From positions 56,475 to 120,474 of IMG/VR virus record IMGVR_UViG_3300029136_000219: a stretch of DNA of 64,000 bases; one strand, 5' to 3'. The notes under the pieces were generated by a model, which was given only the letters and a program-made list of their open reading frames with translations, was not told where the DNA came from and ran no database searches. The translations under genes were made by a program, and so were the position numbers. Of this stretch, positions 9,512-19,678 are shown in pieces. Origin of the DNA: a virus. How positions within the stretch are numbered: position 1 is the first letter of the stretch; each line of letters begins with the position of its first letter.

Positions 9512-10225
9512 ATGTTATCAATGGATGAATTACTTAATAAGTATGAAACTGCTAAAAGAGTTAATCATTTAATAGCAGAAGAAACAAAAAATATTAACCA
9601 AGATTCTTCACCTAATGAAATGTATCAAACAATTAGAACATTGAGAACTGAAATAGGTGAGGCAATTAAAGATTTCCCAACCATAAAAACATTTGAAAGA
9701 GAAACTTATATAGGTCCAAACGGTAGATGTGAAATCTGTGGTGCAAATTTAAACGAAATTTTTGAATCAAAAAACTGTGTGAAAGATATTTCGTATTGTT
9801 GGAGTTGTGGGCGTAAAATTGATAAAAGAAGAATATTAAAATTATATGATAAACCGTTTACAACTATAGAAGATTTGTCTGATAAATTTGATTGTGATTT
9901 AGTAAACTGTTATTTGATTTATATTAAGGACTATAAGTTGATTTTTGATAAAATTGAAGACGATAACAGAAATTCAATAATCAATGAATTGATGACTAAT
10001 TCTGATTACTACGGTTTAATTGATTTTGATAATAAAAATATTATTTCTTTTGATAAAAACAAATATTTTTTGTCTGAAATTGCTGTTGCTACTTTTTACA
10101 ATGGAATTACAAAAACTTTAAATGTGTTTGTACCGTATGTTTTTGATGAAAAATCTTGTGAAAAGTTGATGCTTTGCAAAACAGATATAGAAAACATGAC
10201 GGAGGATTTTTCTTGTGAAAATTAA
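9512..10225 (+). CDS. hypothetical protein with zinc ribbon
   Basis: AAGGAGA RBS. CEICG...CWSCG. Confidence 0.6.
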   Translation: MLSMDELLNKYETAKRVNHLIAEETKNINQDSSPNEMYQTIRTLRTEIGEAIKDFPTIKTFERETYIGPNGRCEICGANLNEIFESKNCVKDISYCWSCGRKIDKRRILKLYDKPFTTIEDLSDKFDCDLVNCYLIYIKDYKLIFDKIEDDNRNSIINELMTNSDYYGLIDFDNKNIISFDKNKYFLSEIAVATFYNGITKTLNVFVPYVFDEKSCEKLMLCKTDIENMTEDFSCEN

Positions 10226-10229
10226 CATT

Positions 10230-10394
10230 ATGATTGCTGCACTGTTCCTGATTTTTAATATTTCATCTATTCTCACATTTATATATTATTGCAAATTACC
10301 ACAGCCTAAAATGTCTGACGATGAGCACAATTTTAACAAGTGTGATTTCAAAGTGAACAATATTATAAAAAATCAGCAAGTTACCGGCAAGTAA
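10230..10394 (+). CDS. small membrane protein (54 aa)
   Basis: ATG ORF with an N-terminal hydrophobic helix. Weak RBS. Confidence 0.25.
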   Translation: MIAALFLIFNISSILTFIYYCKLPQPKMSDDEHNFNKCDFKVNNIIKNQQVTGK

Positions 10395-10477
10395 AATAAC
10401 AAGTAATAAAGCCAAATAGTTGAAAATATATGCTTTTTAGCAAGTTACAAGCAAGTTAAACTGAAAGGAAAAATAAA

Positions 10478-11053
10478 ATGTTATATGTTCTAATATTGTT
10501 AATTATCAATGCATTATTAACGGCTTTTATGTACTTTTTAACCGAAATTCCAATCGTAACAATTATATATATAGTTTTTCTGTTTGTATATGAAGGATTG
10601 ATATATTTTGCATACAGAGTTGTGAACGGTAACTGTGATGAAAAGTCTATGTGGATTGAAAAATGTGAACCAAAATGGTTTGAAGTGAAAAATGAAGTTA
10701 TATACGATCCTATTGATACTAACATTAATGATATTTACAATCTGAAATTGTATGCTAATTATTATCATAGAAAACGAAACGGTAAACTGATTCAGAAACA
10801 TATTAATTTATATAATGAGTCAAAAAATACTTTGGACTTTTCCGAAAAGTACAGTGAACCACACAAAATCACTTATGTGTGTAGCAATACAAAATTAGCC
10901 GTTAAACCTAATTTTTGGACCACATTGCCACACTTATATTTCAAATATCGTGGCACCAAAGTAGGCTCTTATGTCAATTTCAGTGATGAATACATCAATA
11001 TTGTGTTACCTATGGAATACAGAAAAAACATTTATAAAACTGAAAGGAATTAA
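10478..11053 (+). CDS. membrane protein
   Basis: GAAAGGAAA RBS. N-terminal TM helices. Confidence 0.6.
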   Translation: MLYVLILLIINALLTAFMYFLTEIPIVTIIYIVFLFVYEGLIYFAYRVVNGNCDEKSMWIEKCEPKWFEVKNEVIYDPIDTNINDIYNLKLYANYYHRKRNGKLIQKHINLYNESKNTLDFSEKYSEPHKITYVCSNTKLAVKPNFWTTLPHLYFKYRGTKVGSYVNFSDEYINIVLPMEYRKNIYKTERN

Positions 11054-11058
11054 AAATT

Positions 11059-11622
11059 ATGGATAATAAAAATACAGTACAAATTAATTGGAAAACAATG
11101 TTTATTATTTTAGGTATTATAGTAGCTATTGTAGTAGCATTCTTCTTAACAAAACTTTCAATTAATACGACAGCAATAAACAAGGAAGAACAAATCTTTG
11201 AATCAGCATCGTCAATTAATGTTCAAATGGATACTCGAAACAGAAAAATCAAACAGGTTGCTCAGGTTGTTGAAAAATACTCTGATTATGAAAAAGGCAT
11301 TATGACAGATTTCGCAGAAGCAAGGAAAGAAATCTCCTCCGGCACTGATAAAGCATCTACGGTTCTTAATGCTATTTCTGAGCAATATCCTGCGCTTAAA
11401 GCTGACAAGCAATATGAAAAGCTGAGTAATGAAATTATTTCCTGTGAAAACAAAATATCTGATTACAGAGAAGATTATAACCAACAAGTGAAAAATTATC
11501 GAAAATATTGTAGAAATCCGGTAAATAAGTTTTTCCTTGGAAATTATAAAATGATTAATAATTCGGAATATTTGCAGTTTGATGAAAGTGTATCGGAAGT
11601 AGGGGATGTTTTTGAAAACTAA
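11059..11622 (+). CDS. lemA: LemA family protein
   Basis: N-terminal TM helix. YPALKADKQYEKL...ENKIS...REDYNQQVKNYRKYCRNPVNKFFLG matches the LemA C-terminal signature. Confidence 0.75.
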   Translation: MDNKNTVQINWKTMFIILGIIVAIVVAFFLTKLSINTTAINKEEQIFESASSINVQMDTRNRKIKQVAQVVEKYSDYEKGIMTDFAEARKEISSGTDKASTVLNAISEQYPALKADKQYEKLSNEIISCENKISDYREDYNQQVKNYRKYCRNPVNKFFLGNYKMINNSEYLQFDESVSEVGDVFEN

Positions 11623-12478
11623 AAACGATAATGTACTGATTGATTGTGATACTTTTACGGTAACGAAGCGTGAAGCTCTTGTTTCAATAATAATTGTTAT
11701 TTTGCTAATAGGAATAGGCATATATACAACTTCTTCTATTATCAACAAAGTAGACGAACATAATTCCAAAGTAAATCGTATTCAGTGCTGTGATACTCAA
11801 GATATGTTTGACCATTTGGTTGATACCAATGCAGGAAAAGTAATTGCAAAGGCAAATGTAGTATGTACTAAACCCGTAGCTATGAACGATATAATATCAG
11901 GCGAATACTCTTATATTTATTATCAAAGAGAAAAATATGAAATGAAAACAAGAGTGGTTACAGATACATATACCGATGCTAACGGCAATACTCATACAAG
12001 TTCACATACAGAAACATATTACGAATGGAATACGAAGGATTGGGAATCAAAGTCAAGTGATGAAATTACAATTAATAATCATAAGTACAAACCGGAAAAT
12101 GTAACAAAATATTTCCCATATAAGTATTTAAGTGCTAAAGACTATAAAGGTAAATATTCTTATGAAAGTGGGAATTATATTTACTTGTCATCACACGAAA
12201 GAATATCATTTAAGGTCTATGAATTGACTTCTGCCGGCGTAGTGTATTGTAAACTTGACAATAACAAAATTGATTATGTTCGTAAATATTATCTTAACAA
12301 GACAAGTCCAAAAGAAGTCAAAAAATCAATGTTGAAAAACGCCAATTCTGTTTTAGCTGTATTTTGGATAATTGATGCTTTGCTTATATTGGGCGTTGTA
12401 TTTGTATTTGTTTATTTTGACAACGATTGGCTTTATGGTAAAAAGGAGGAGAAAAGTTTTGATGAGTACGATTGGTAA
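11606..12478 (+). CDS. membrane protein, unknown function
   Basis: Overlapping start. TM helices at the N- and C-termini. Confidence 0.6.
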   Translation: MFLKTKNDNVLIDCDTFTVTKREALVSIIIVILLIGIGIYTTSSIINKVDEHNSKVNRIQCCDTQDMFDHLVDTNAGKVIAKANVVCTKPVAMNDIISGEYSYIYYQREKYEMKTRVVTDTYTDANGNTHTSSHTETYYEWNTKDWESKSSDEITINNHKYKPENVTKYFPYKYLSAKDYKGKYSYESGNYIYLSSHERISFKVYELTSAGVVYCKLDNNKIDYVRKYYLNKTSPKEVKKSMLKNANSVLAVFWIIDALLILGVVFVFVYFDNDWLYGKKEEKSFDEYDW

Positions 12479-12860
12479 AATATTATTTGTGGCAATTATA
12501 GTTTTGTTAATTGTAATTGGTATAATTGTTTTTAAATGTGTAAAAAAATCAAACGATTATTTTAAAAAAAGCGGACAAACCGGAACCGCCGTGATTGTTG
12601 GATACGATAGTGAATCTACAAGCACAAATGTAAGACTTTCTGTTAAGGTTCTTAACTCTGCTGATGAACATTCATACAATTTAAAAGGCATATATAATGT
12701 AAAGAAAATTGACGGCTCGTTAGATGAAAGATATCCACATTTTTCTATTGGTGATGAAGTTAAAGTTATTTATGCAAAAAAGAAAACTTTAGGCATCGAA
12801 ATGCTTGATGTCAGAATTGATCAAAGTCAATATGATTATCCTAAAAAACAGGAAAAATAA
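12462..12860 (+). CDS. membrane protein (DUF3592-like)
   Basis: ATG after AAAGGAGGAG. In frame with the track ORF 12372. Confidence 0.5.
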   Translation: MSTIGKILFVAIIVLLIVIGIIVFKCVKKSNDYFKKSGQTGTAVIVGYDSESTSTNVRLSVKVLNSADEHSYNLKGIYNVKKIDGSLDERYPHFSIGDEVKVIYAKKKTLGIEMLDVRIDQSQYDYPKKQEK

Positions 12861-12980
12861 TTAATGGGTAAAGAATGTCAACTGCCACACACCGTAAAGG
12901 AATGTGGTTTTACGGAAAGCTATTTATATGATTTTCACAATTATATGGTGAAAGATTAATTTCTGTAACCTTTTTTAATA

Positions 12981-13042
12981 AATTGCGAATTTTAAGCAAT
13001 ATTTCAAATTTTTTCAAAATATTTGCGATTAATTATATAGAA
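12981..13042 (+). promoter_or_regulatory. conserved promoter-like cassette
   Basis: AATTGCGAATTTTAAG...AAATATTTGCGATTAATTATATAG. Confidence 0.5.
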
Positions 13043-13068
13043 ACAAAAAACAAAAGGAGATTTTTATT

Positions 13069-13329
13069 ATGACATACGAAGAAGTTTTAGAAAAAGATTT
13101 AGAACATTGTACAGGCTGTGAGAATTTTTATAAAGATGATTGTACAAAAACTTGTGCATATGGTATTCACAGAAATTCTGTACAAAAACAGATACCGGTA
13201 CAAGCAACGGTATATAACTTTCCAAAGGCTCAAATTGCATTTTGTCCTGAATGTGATAACTTACTTGGAAAAGATTCAAAATACTGTGATAAATGCGGTC
13301 AGAGGGTGAGAATTAATGCAGATGCTTGA
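13069..13329 (+). CDS. zinc-ribbon protein
   Basis: AAAGGAGA RBS. CTGCENFYKDDC...CPECDNLLGKDSKYCDKCG. A frameshifted paralog lies at 24071. Confidence 0.65.
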   Translation: MTYEEVLEKDLEHCTGCENFYKDDCTKTCAYGIHRNSVQKQIPVQATVYNFPKAQIAFCPECDNLLGKDSKYCDKCGQRVRINADA

Positions 13330-13699
13330 TTCAATAAGGAAGACAATGCTTGTCTTTCCAAAAAGTTATATTAATTACAATAATGAACTGATTTTAATTC
13401 CAAAATTCAATGTTTATATCTGTTTGGATAATATCATTTCTGACGAAGATTTCTATGTTGAACTTTGTGAATATTTTAGTAGGGAATGTTCATCAGCGTT
13501 AAGGAGTTCATCAAAACCAACACTTTACAGATATTACAATAATAATACAAGAGATTTTAACAAAATTTGCAGCACTTCATTTTCAACCAAAGATATGGAT
13601 ACGATTTATGCAAAGTTAGGCAATGGTATTAATCATCAAATGGCTGTAGATTTTGTTAAATCAGGTTTTGATTTAAGCGTTTTAGGAGAGAATCAATGA
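13316..13699 (+). CDS. hypothetical protein
   Basis: Overlapping start. 127 aa. Confidence 0.55.
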   Translation: MQMLDSIRKTMLVFPKSYINYNNELILIPKFNVYICLDNIISDEDFYVELCEYFSRECSSALRSSSKPTLYRYYNNNTRDFNKICSTSFSTKDMDTIYAKLGNGINHQMAVDFVKSGFDLSVLGENQ

Positions 13700-14175
13700 T
13701 TAAAGAAGATATGGCAAAACTATGTCCGTTCTATTCTTGTGTTGATGATGGTAATGTTAATTGTTTTGACCATCCGGTTTACATACAAACTTGTACTAAA
13801 ACTAATCAAAAAACTTCACTCATTAATTGTAGCCGTTGTAAATGTGGTAATGTTTACAGACAATTAATCGAAAAGGAATTTAAAAAGATACAAAATTTAT
13901 CTGTCGAGACTTTTGCAAATTGGTTATGCAACAATTTGTTACAATGCAAGAACTGCGGACTCAAATACCATAATTGTAAAAAACAATTAGCTTTTAATCT
14001 TAGCCAACCTTTGTCTGGTGTCTATGGTAATAAGCATTACAACGAGTTATCAACAGAGTTATTCTATGAATTTTTAGAAACACAGTGGCTTTTTAATGAC
14101 AGCAATAATATTAACAAAAATTTCAGTAAAAAGTTAATTACGATAATCAAAAAGGAGAAAAATAATGAAAGTTAA
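13696..14175 (+). CDS. Cys-rich hypothetical protein
   Basis: Overlapping ATGA. Many Cys pairs. Confidence 0.55.
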   Translation: MIKEDMAKLCPFYSCVDDGNVNCFDHPVYIQTCTKTNQKTSLINCSRCKCGNVYRQLIEKEFKKIQNLSVETFANWLCNNLLQCKNCGLKYHNCKKQLAFNLSQPLSGVYGNKHYNELSTELFYEFLETQWLFNDSNNINKNFSKKLITIIKKEKNNES

Positions 14176-14857
14176 TAATGCTAAAGAATATTGTATTTTT
14201 CCGGAAATTAACAATAATTTAGAATTAAAACAAACCTGTAAAGAAATAAAGAAGAACAAAAGACAAGATTTTTTTTCTGAATTAAAAGAGACATTTAATT
14301 CAAAAAAGTTTAAATACATAGTTGTTAATATTATATTGGCAATTATTATAGTTCTTTGTAGCTATGCTTGTTCTAATTTTATTAATCCAATTGATTATGA
14401 TTCTGTTCCACCTGATAAAAGAATTATGCTAAAAATTGCTGCTGGGTTTTTATGGGTTCTTTGTGTACCATTAGCAGCACTTGCATTGAGATTGGTCGAA
14501 AGTAAAATTCAAGATTTAATAATAGAAAAAAAGTTAAGTAAAATGTCATATAAGAAAATGCAATATATACCTTTAACCAAATCTGAATTTATCAAATTAG
14601 AAATTCATAACATTACTGATTATGTAACTTTTTTAAATGAATTTTTAAAAGTGAAAACGAAATATCATGATATATATGATTTTGAAACTGTTTATAGAGC
14701 TGTAACTGCCGCACCGCCACAAATGGTTTTAGATAAAATCAATGAATCATTGATATATCTTGCAGAACTACCTGAAAGCGGACAACAAATTGGATTTAAT
14801 GATGTTAATAAATTCATTGTTAAGAAAGGAGAGAATTATGGAACATTACACGACTAA
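14165..14857 (+). CDS. membrane protein (paralog family with 24339 and 34025)
   Basis: Shared segment (L/Y)xPLSxxE...DYxxFxNxFLKVK with the other two. Confidence 0.6.
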   Translation: MKVNNAKEYCIFPEINNNLELKQTCKEIKKNKRQDFFSELKETFNSKKFKYIVVNIILAIIIVLCSYACSNFINPIDYDSVPPDKRIMLKIAAGFLWVLCVPLAALALRLVESKIQDLIIEKKLSKMSYKKMQYIPLTKSEFIKLEIHNITDYVTFLNEFLKVKTKYHDIYDFETVYRAVTAAPPQMVLDKINESLIYLAELPESGQQIGFNDVNKFIVKKGENYGTLHD

Positions 14858-15086
14858 AATTAATAAGATTAAAGTAAAAAATATACCAAGACTATGTACA
14901 ATATTAAGAGGCTGTGACCAATTTGTAATTTCATCCGGTAATTATAGATTGGAAACAGCATCGTTGCTTATGATGAAGTCACTTATCGGTCTTAGAAACG
15001 GTTTTAATCTTGATATTTATAATTATGATACTGAACGGCAAAAGTTCATTATAAGGGAAATTGAGGCTCTTAAGAAAATCCTCTAA
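14838..15086 (+). CDS. hypothetical protein
   Basis: ATG after AAAGGAGAG. In frame with the track ORF 14760. Confidence 0.5.
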   Translation: MEHYTTKINKIKVKNIPRLCTILRGCDQFVISSGNYRLETASLLMMKSLIGLRNGFNLDIYNYDTERQKFIIREIEALKKIL

Positions 15087-15349
15087 CGGCCTTGACAGTT
15101 TTAATTTATTGTGCTACACTAAGTGTATAGTAATTATTATTTATGATTTAATTTTATATATTTTAAATTCAAGGAATGTACTTTTTGAGAAAAGTGCGTT
15201 CCTTTTTTTATTATAAATTTAATAAAAGTAAATTTTGAGCAGATACTTTTGGGTATTTGCTTTTTGTTTTTTCATAATAAAAAATAACAGACATATTAAA
15301 TTTATGCTCAGTTTGTTATTTTGTTGTGAGCACAACAGGAGGTAGAATT

Positions 15350-15670
15350 ATGAAGAACGTTATTACAAAAAATGAGATGCAGTCTATTCAAAATCTTATT
15401 TATGCTATTACAAAATCTTGTGCAATTGATATTCGTAAATATCGTATTTTTGTTGATAAACATGGTACGGAATTTATGGATAAGAAAATGCAAAAGGAGT
15501 TTGAAAAGTATTTGGAAAATTTTGAAGAATCAAAAGATTGGTTACTTGCTTCTGATATTGGTGTTGCAATTTTTGATAAACTTATGAATGAGAGCATTCA
15601 GGAAGCTAAGAAAAATTTGCATAACATGTATACATCAAAATCAGAAGAATACATTGAGGATGTTGCATAA
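15350..15670 (+). CDS. hypothetical protein
   Basis: ATG after ACAGGAGG. Confidence 0.55.
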   Translation: MKNVITKNEMQSIQNLIYAITKSCAIDIRKYRIFVDKHGTEFMDKKMQKEFEKYLENFEESKDWLLASDIGVAIFDKLMNESIQEAKKNLHNMYTSKSEEYIEDVA

Positions 15671-15682
15671 TTTAATCAAACT

Positions 15683-15712
15683 AAAAAGAGCCACCGGAAG
15701 GGTGGCTTTTTT
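15683..15712 (+). terminator. rho-independent terminator
   Basis: GCCACCggaagGGTGGC, then a T run. Confidence 0.65.
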
Positions 15713-15732
15713 TATGCCTTGATTTACTCTTT

Positions 15733-15803
15733 TGTAAACAATTTGCGAAAATTGAGAAAATTTTCAAATTTTTTTGAAATATTTGCGATTAATTATATAG
15801 AGA
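15733..15803 (+). promoter_or_regulatory. conserved promoter-like cassette
   Basis: TGTAAACAATTTGCGAAAATT...GAAATATTTGCGATTAATTATATAGAG. Confidence 0.5.
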
Positions 15804-15823
15804 CTATTTTAGGAGGGGATTAT

Positions 15824-16198
15824 ATGGAATATAACACTAAATTTTTTTCAAAACCATTGCCTGTATTAAGCGAAGTTGTAAAAAACAAGTCAATAGATAA
15901 GGTCTATTTGAGGGTAATGCTTTTAAATGATTATTTTGATGCAGTTGCAAAATACAATTCGTTAAATGTTAAAGATAATTCATTACTTACATATTTAGCA
16001 AATAAATCACATTTTTGGGGCTTATTTGGCGTTAAGAATGGAAAAATCTTTTCACTTGATGGAGATAGTTATTCAGACAAGAATTTAGTTGCAGCAATTT
16101 CGGAATTTAAAGAAGACGACAAACATTGTGCAACAATAATTCTTCCTGCGGTAGAAGAAAGCAATCGGTATGTACAAAAAATATGGAGAGTGTTGTGA
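15824..16198 (+). CDS. hypothetical protein
   Basis: ATG after AGGAGGGG. Confidence 0.55.
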   Translation: MEYNTKFFSKPLPVLSEVVKNKSIDKVYLRVMLLNDYFDAVAKYNSLNVKDNSLLTYLANKSHFWGLFGVKNGKIFSLDGDSYSDKNLVAAISEFKEDDKHCATIILPAVEESNRYVQKIWRVL

Positions 16199-16214
16199 GA
16201 AAGAAGGTTTATAT

Positions 16215-16457
16215 ATGGAAAACAAAGGTTATACAATTGCAACCGGAAACATCAATTGGCTGATAAAAGGCTCACGAGAAGTACCTAAATATGTATCAAA
16301 ACTTGAAGGCTTTTTAGGCGTTCATCCGATGCCACCACAGGGCACATTATGGATATTTGATACTGAGAATAATGCAAAGATTGCAAGAAACAAAATGCGT
16401 GCTATGGGTATTCAGTGTGGTGATAACATCACCGAAATTACATATAGTCTTGATTAA
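16215..16457 (+). CDS. hypothetical protein
   Basis: ATG after GAAGG. In frame with the track ORF. Confidence 0.5.
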   Translation: MENKGYTIATGNINWLIKGSREVPKYVSKLEGFLGVHPMPPQGTLWIFDTENNAKIARNKMRAMGIQCGDNITEITYSLD

Positions 16458-16475
16458 TTGAGAGGTGATTGACTA

Positions 16476-16658
16476 TTGAACAAATTAGCTTTGGTGATGA
16501 ATATTTTAGCAATGTTGTATTCTACTAATTCTATAACATTAGATATTGCAAAAAACAATGTAGACTTTTTAACATTTATATTAATTTTTGGTTGGTTTGC
16601 AAATTTGTATTTTGCAATCTTAAATATCAAATGTATTTATGATAAGGGGGGAAAATAA
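16476..16658 (+). CDS. small membrane protein
   Basis: TTG after GAGAGGTGA. Two TM helices. Confidence 0.4.
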   Translation: MNKLALVMNILAMLYSTNSITLDIAKNNVDFLTFILIFGWFANLYFAILNIKCIYDKGGK

Positions 16659-16661
16659 GAT

Positions 16662-17291
16662 TTGATTAGTAAAAACCACACTGAGGAAAATTTACTTTGG
16701 CAATTGCTGTTGGATATTAAGCAGGTAAGACTTAATGTATTAAAACTTTCAAATAATGGTAAGGAAAAAATTAGTTCTAAAGAAATACTTAATCATTTGG
16801 AATGTTTGCTCCCACCGGAATACAATTATATGGTTGGCGAGCAATGGACTGATTCTTTTCCTGTTTGGATTAAAAGATGCTATATACCGTCATTATTTAA
16901 CACATATCAAAAAAGTGGTATGGAAAAAATTGATAAAAAACATGGTCAAAGAAACGCTTATATAGAATCGTATATTATGACGTATACAAAGATTTTGGAA
17001 ACAATTCTCTTTGATGATTCTAAAAAATTCTATGAATATGATGCTTATCTGAGGTATATGGAAAATTGTGAATTGGAAATTATCAAAAAATACAGAATAA
17101 GAAGCGCTGATAATATCTTTTACAAGCTTTTTTGTGGCACAGAGTTTACACAAACTTATACATATTTGAAAGCATGTCAGTTAGCAAAAAGCTGTCAAGA
17201 AATTATTAAAAATTACAGCAATATTGCTAAAGATATAACAAAAACAAACAAATCAAAAACAGTCAACAAAAATGTTGACCCATTATTATAA
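16662..17291 (+). CDS. hypothetical protein
   Basis: TTG after AAGGGGGG. Confidence 0.55.
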   Translation: MISKNHTEENLLWQLLLDIKQVRLNVLKLSNNGKEKISSKEILNHLECLLPPEYNYMVGEQWTDSFPVWIKRCYIPSLFNTYQKSGMEKIDKKHGQRNAYIESYIMTYTKILETILFDDSKKFYEYDAYLRYMENCELEIIKKYRIRSADNIFYKLFCGTEFTQTYTYLKACQLAKSCQEIIKNYSNIAKDITKTNKSKTVNKNVDPLL

Positions 17292-17307
17292 TACGGAGGA
17301 AAATATT

Positions 17308-17976
17308 ATGTTACTTAAAAAAAATCAAACCATTGCTTATTATGGCGGAGCAAAGAATCTTGGAATTATCGATAAGGATGATGAAGTTCTTGAATCACAG
17401 GGAATTCTTATTTTGGAAAATCAAAATGATGAGAAGCAAGAAAAAATCAAGGTAGGCTTTAATCTTAATTACGATTGTGAAGAAGTTGATATTGATAAGA
17501 TAATTTCTTTAATGTCACCTGAACAGACAAATGTTGATGAAATCAATAAGAAGTTGGAAAACTTGCTTTTAAAAGAGTCTGAATCCTTTTGTAAATATTA
17601 CAAAAATACGAAACAAACATTTTTAAAAAAGACAAAGCAGGAAAATAAGCCAAGTATTATGAAATGTTACACTTATGACTTATGTAAAATTTTAGGAGAC
17701 TTTTTTGGTTCAGGTTTTTGCGTTACCTCACCAAGACATATTGATGGTCATTATCTTCTTTATTCTAATATTCTTAATAATAAGGCTTTACATTTGGAAG
17801 TAAAATACGAAGGAAATAGATTTGATTATTACGATGCTTTAGCTGATTTAAAAAATGGTGATTCAACAAAGTTTACTAACGGCGTTTTATACAATTGGAA
17901 ACCACTTCCGATGAACATTGAAAAAATTGCTGATATTATCAATGAGCAAAGCGGACAGATTGATTGGAGAAGGTGA
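17308..17976 (+). CDS. hypothetical protein
   Basis: ATG after ACGGAGGA. Confidence 0.55.
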   Translation: MLLKKNQTIAYYGGAKNLGIIDKDDEVLESQGILILENQNDEKQEKIKVGFNLNYDCEEVDIDKIISLMSPEQTNVDEINKKLENLLLKESESFCKYYKNTKQTFLKKTKQENKPSIMKCYTYDLCKILGDFFGSGFCVTSPRHIDGHYLLYSNILNNKALHLEVKYEGNRFDYYDALADLKNGDSTKFTNGVLYNWKPLPMNIEKIADIINEQSGQIDWRR

Positions 17977-17978
17977 AC

Positions 17979-18458
17979 ATGTCAAAGATAGATAAAAAAG
18001 AAGTTACAGAAATATTACGAGCGTTTTTAATTCTTTTTATCATCGGACTTCTAATGATTATAGGCATTAGGGCAATAATCTTTAATTTTGGCAATTATGA
18101 TATTGTTAATCCTAAAGAAACAATAATTGCTGCATATTCTAATAGTGATATTTCAAATCAAATTAAAAACAATAAAGAAAACAAATATATTTTTTATGAT
18201 GATGAAAATAATGTCAAACTATTGAATTTGTATAATATGGACGAATATAGTGATTACCATAAATACAAATATGAGATTGATGATACTTTAGGAAATACTG
18301 TTGTTATTAAAGATGTAATTGCAACAGGTAGAAAAGATTTAAGTCAATTAAACAAATTTGAAAGGAAATTGGTCTTTAAAAAAAACAAAAATCAAAGTTA
18401 TTACATTGTAACCGGAAGTAAAGAAAACATTGAAAAAATATTAAGGCAAATTGATTAA
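17979..18458 (+). CDS. membrane-anchored hypothetical protein
   Basis: ATG after GGAGAAGGTGA. N-terminal TM helix. Confidence 0.55.
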   Translation: MSKIDKKEVTEILRAFLILFIIGLLMIIGIRAIIFNFGNYDIVNPKETIIAAYSNSDISNQIKNNKENKYIFYDDENNVKLLNLYNMDEYSDYHKYKYEIDDTLGNTVVIKDVIATGRKDLSQLNKFERKLVFKKNKNQSYYIVTGSKENIEKILRQID

Positions 18459-18498
18459 TATTAACATTAAAATAAATTATTGAAAGGATTTTTAATTT

Positions 18499-19044
18499 AT
18501 GAAAAAACAAAAATATAATTTTCAATTGAACAAAGAAACAAATGGTACATATTCAGTTACTTTACAAATTGATAATACACAATTTAATTCGACCGTTATA
18601 ACTACGTTGCTTTGGCGGTTAAGTCATATTTATTCTTCTTATTATTCCGGTGAAATGTCTTTGTCTTATAATGAGCAAAAGTATGTTGAGCAGTTTAAGT
18701 ATATTACAACAAATGTTGATGATTTTAAGGCTGTATGCAAAATTCTTACTGATTATATCACTAAATATACTGAATTAAAATGTACACCTAACATTAATGA
18801 TAGGCAGTATTTTGACAGTAAAACCATTTTTCAAAAAGATAAGAAATATCAAGAGGATTTTGATAAATATCTTCTCAACAATGTTTATTTGGTTGAAAAA
18901 GATTGTAAAGTTTTCAAACACCCGAATATTATTATCTTAGATAACAACAAGAAAATTTATGCACTGGATTGTGTTTCTGATAAGTTATATGTATCATCAC
19001 ATAAGAGAAAAACACCTATTGTTGTAAACAGAATTTACAATTAA
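18499..19044 (+). CDS. hypothetical protein
   Basis: GAAAGGA RBS. Confidence 0.55.
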   Translation: MKKQKYNFQLNKETNGTYSVTLQIDNTQFNSTVITTLLWRLSHIYSSYYSGEMSLSYNEQKYVEQFKYITTNVDDFKAVCKILTDYITKYTELKCTPNINDRQYFDSKTIFQKDKKYQEDFDKYLLNNVYLVEKDCKVFKHPNIIILDNNKKIYALDCVSDKLYVSSHKRKTPIVVNRIYN

Positions 19045-19216
19045 TCACCCAAAATGTTAAAAAAAGAACTACCTTAATTGGTGGTTCTTTTTCTGTTTGT
19101 AAACAATTTGTGAAAATTACGAAATATTTCAAAAAAAATGAAATATTTGCGATTTATATAGTGAAGGCTGAAAAAGAATAAGTAACTTTTTTGTAATTTT
19201 AGGAGGATTTTTTATG
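19025..19216 (+). repeat. ~190-bp direct repeat, copy 1 (gene 3-prime end, terminator, promoter cassette, RBS, start codon)
   Basis: Near-identical to 20262-20451. Includes the terminator GAACTACCttaattGGTGGTTC and the promoter cassette TGTAAACAATTTGTGAAAATTACG...TTTGCGATTTATATAGTG. Confidence 0.75.
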
Positions 19217-19663
19217 AGAAGTACAAAAATTTTAAAAGAAAATAAAGAAAATATAATTTCTGACGAGACAGAAACTCAAAAAAACAAAAAGCTTAATGTA
19301 AAAATTACTTTGCTAACAATATTCTTTCTGCTATTTGTAATATTTTTAGGAATATTCAACCAAATGTCACAAGTTCCTGAAGGAACAAAACTATACAAAC
19401 AAGATATTGATGTTGTAGTTACAGAAATAAGCAAATCAGAAACACCGAGATATACAGGTATAAGCGTTATATATGATTATGATGTGGATGTAACAGTTTA
19501 CAGTAAAGAATTTAATACAACTGAAAATTTCAGTTACGGTAGTTTATTTCATAACAAATATTTTGACTTGGAAAAGGGCGACATAATCCAAGCTGAGCTA
19601 TATACATACAAAAATGAATCAACAGGGGAAATCGTAAAGAAGGAAATTAATAGACTTTATTAA
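19214..19663 (+). CDS. membrane-anchored hypothetical protein
   Basis: AGGAGGA RBS. TM helix. Confidence 0.55.
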   Translation: MRSTKILKENKENIISDETETQKNKKLNVKITLLTIFFLLFVIFLGIFNQMSQVPEGTKLYKQDIDVVVTEISKSETPRYTGISVIYDYDVDVTVYSKEFNTTENFSYGSLFHNKYFDLEKGDIIQAELYTYKNESTGEIVKKEINRLY

Positions 19664-19678
19664 AAGGGGAGTTTTATT

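Noticed and set aside
13118-13309. + strand alternative-frame ORF 13118-13309 overlapping the zinc-ribbon gene
   Set aside because: The other frame encodes paired CxxC motifs with a homolog at 24071. The alternative frame is low-complexity.
15372-15597. ORFs 15372-15587 (+) and 15400-15597 (-) overlapping gene 15350-15670
   Set aside because: Nested in a gene with a good RBS. Leu- and Ile-rich junk translations.
16756-17153. ORFs 16756-16965 (+) and 16893-17153 (-) inside gene 16662-17291
   Set aside because: Nested alternative frames without RBS.
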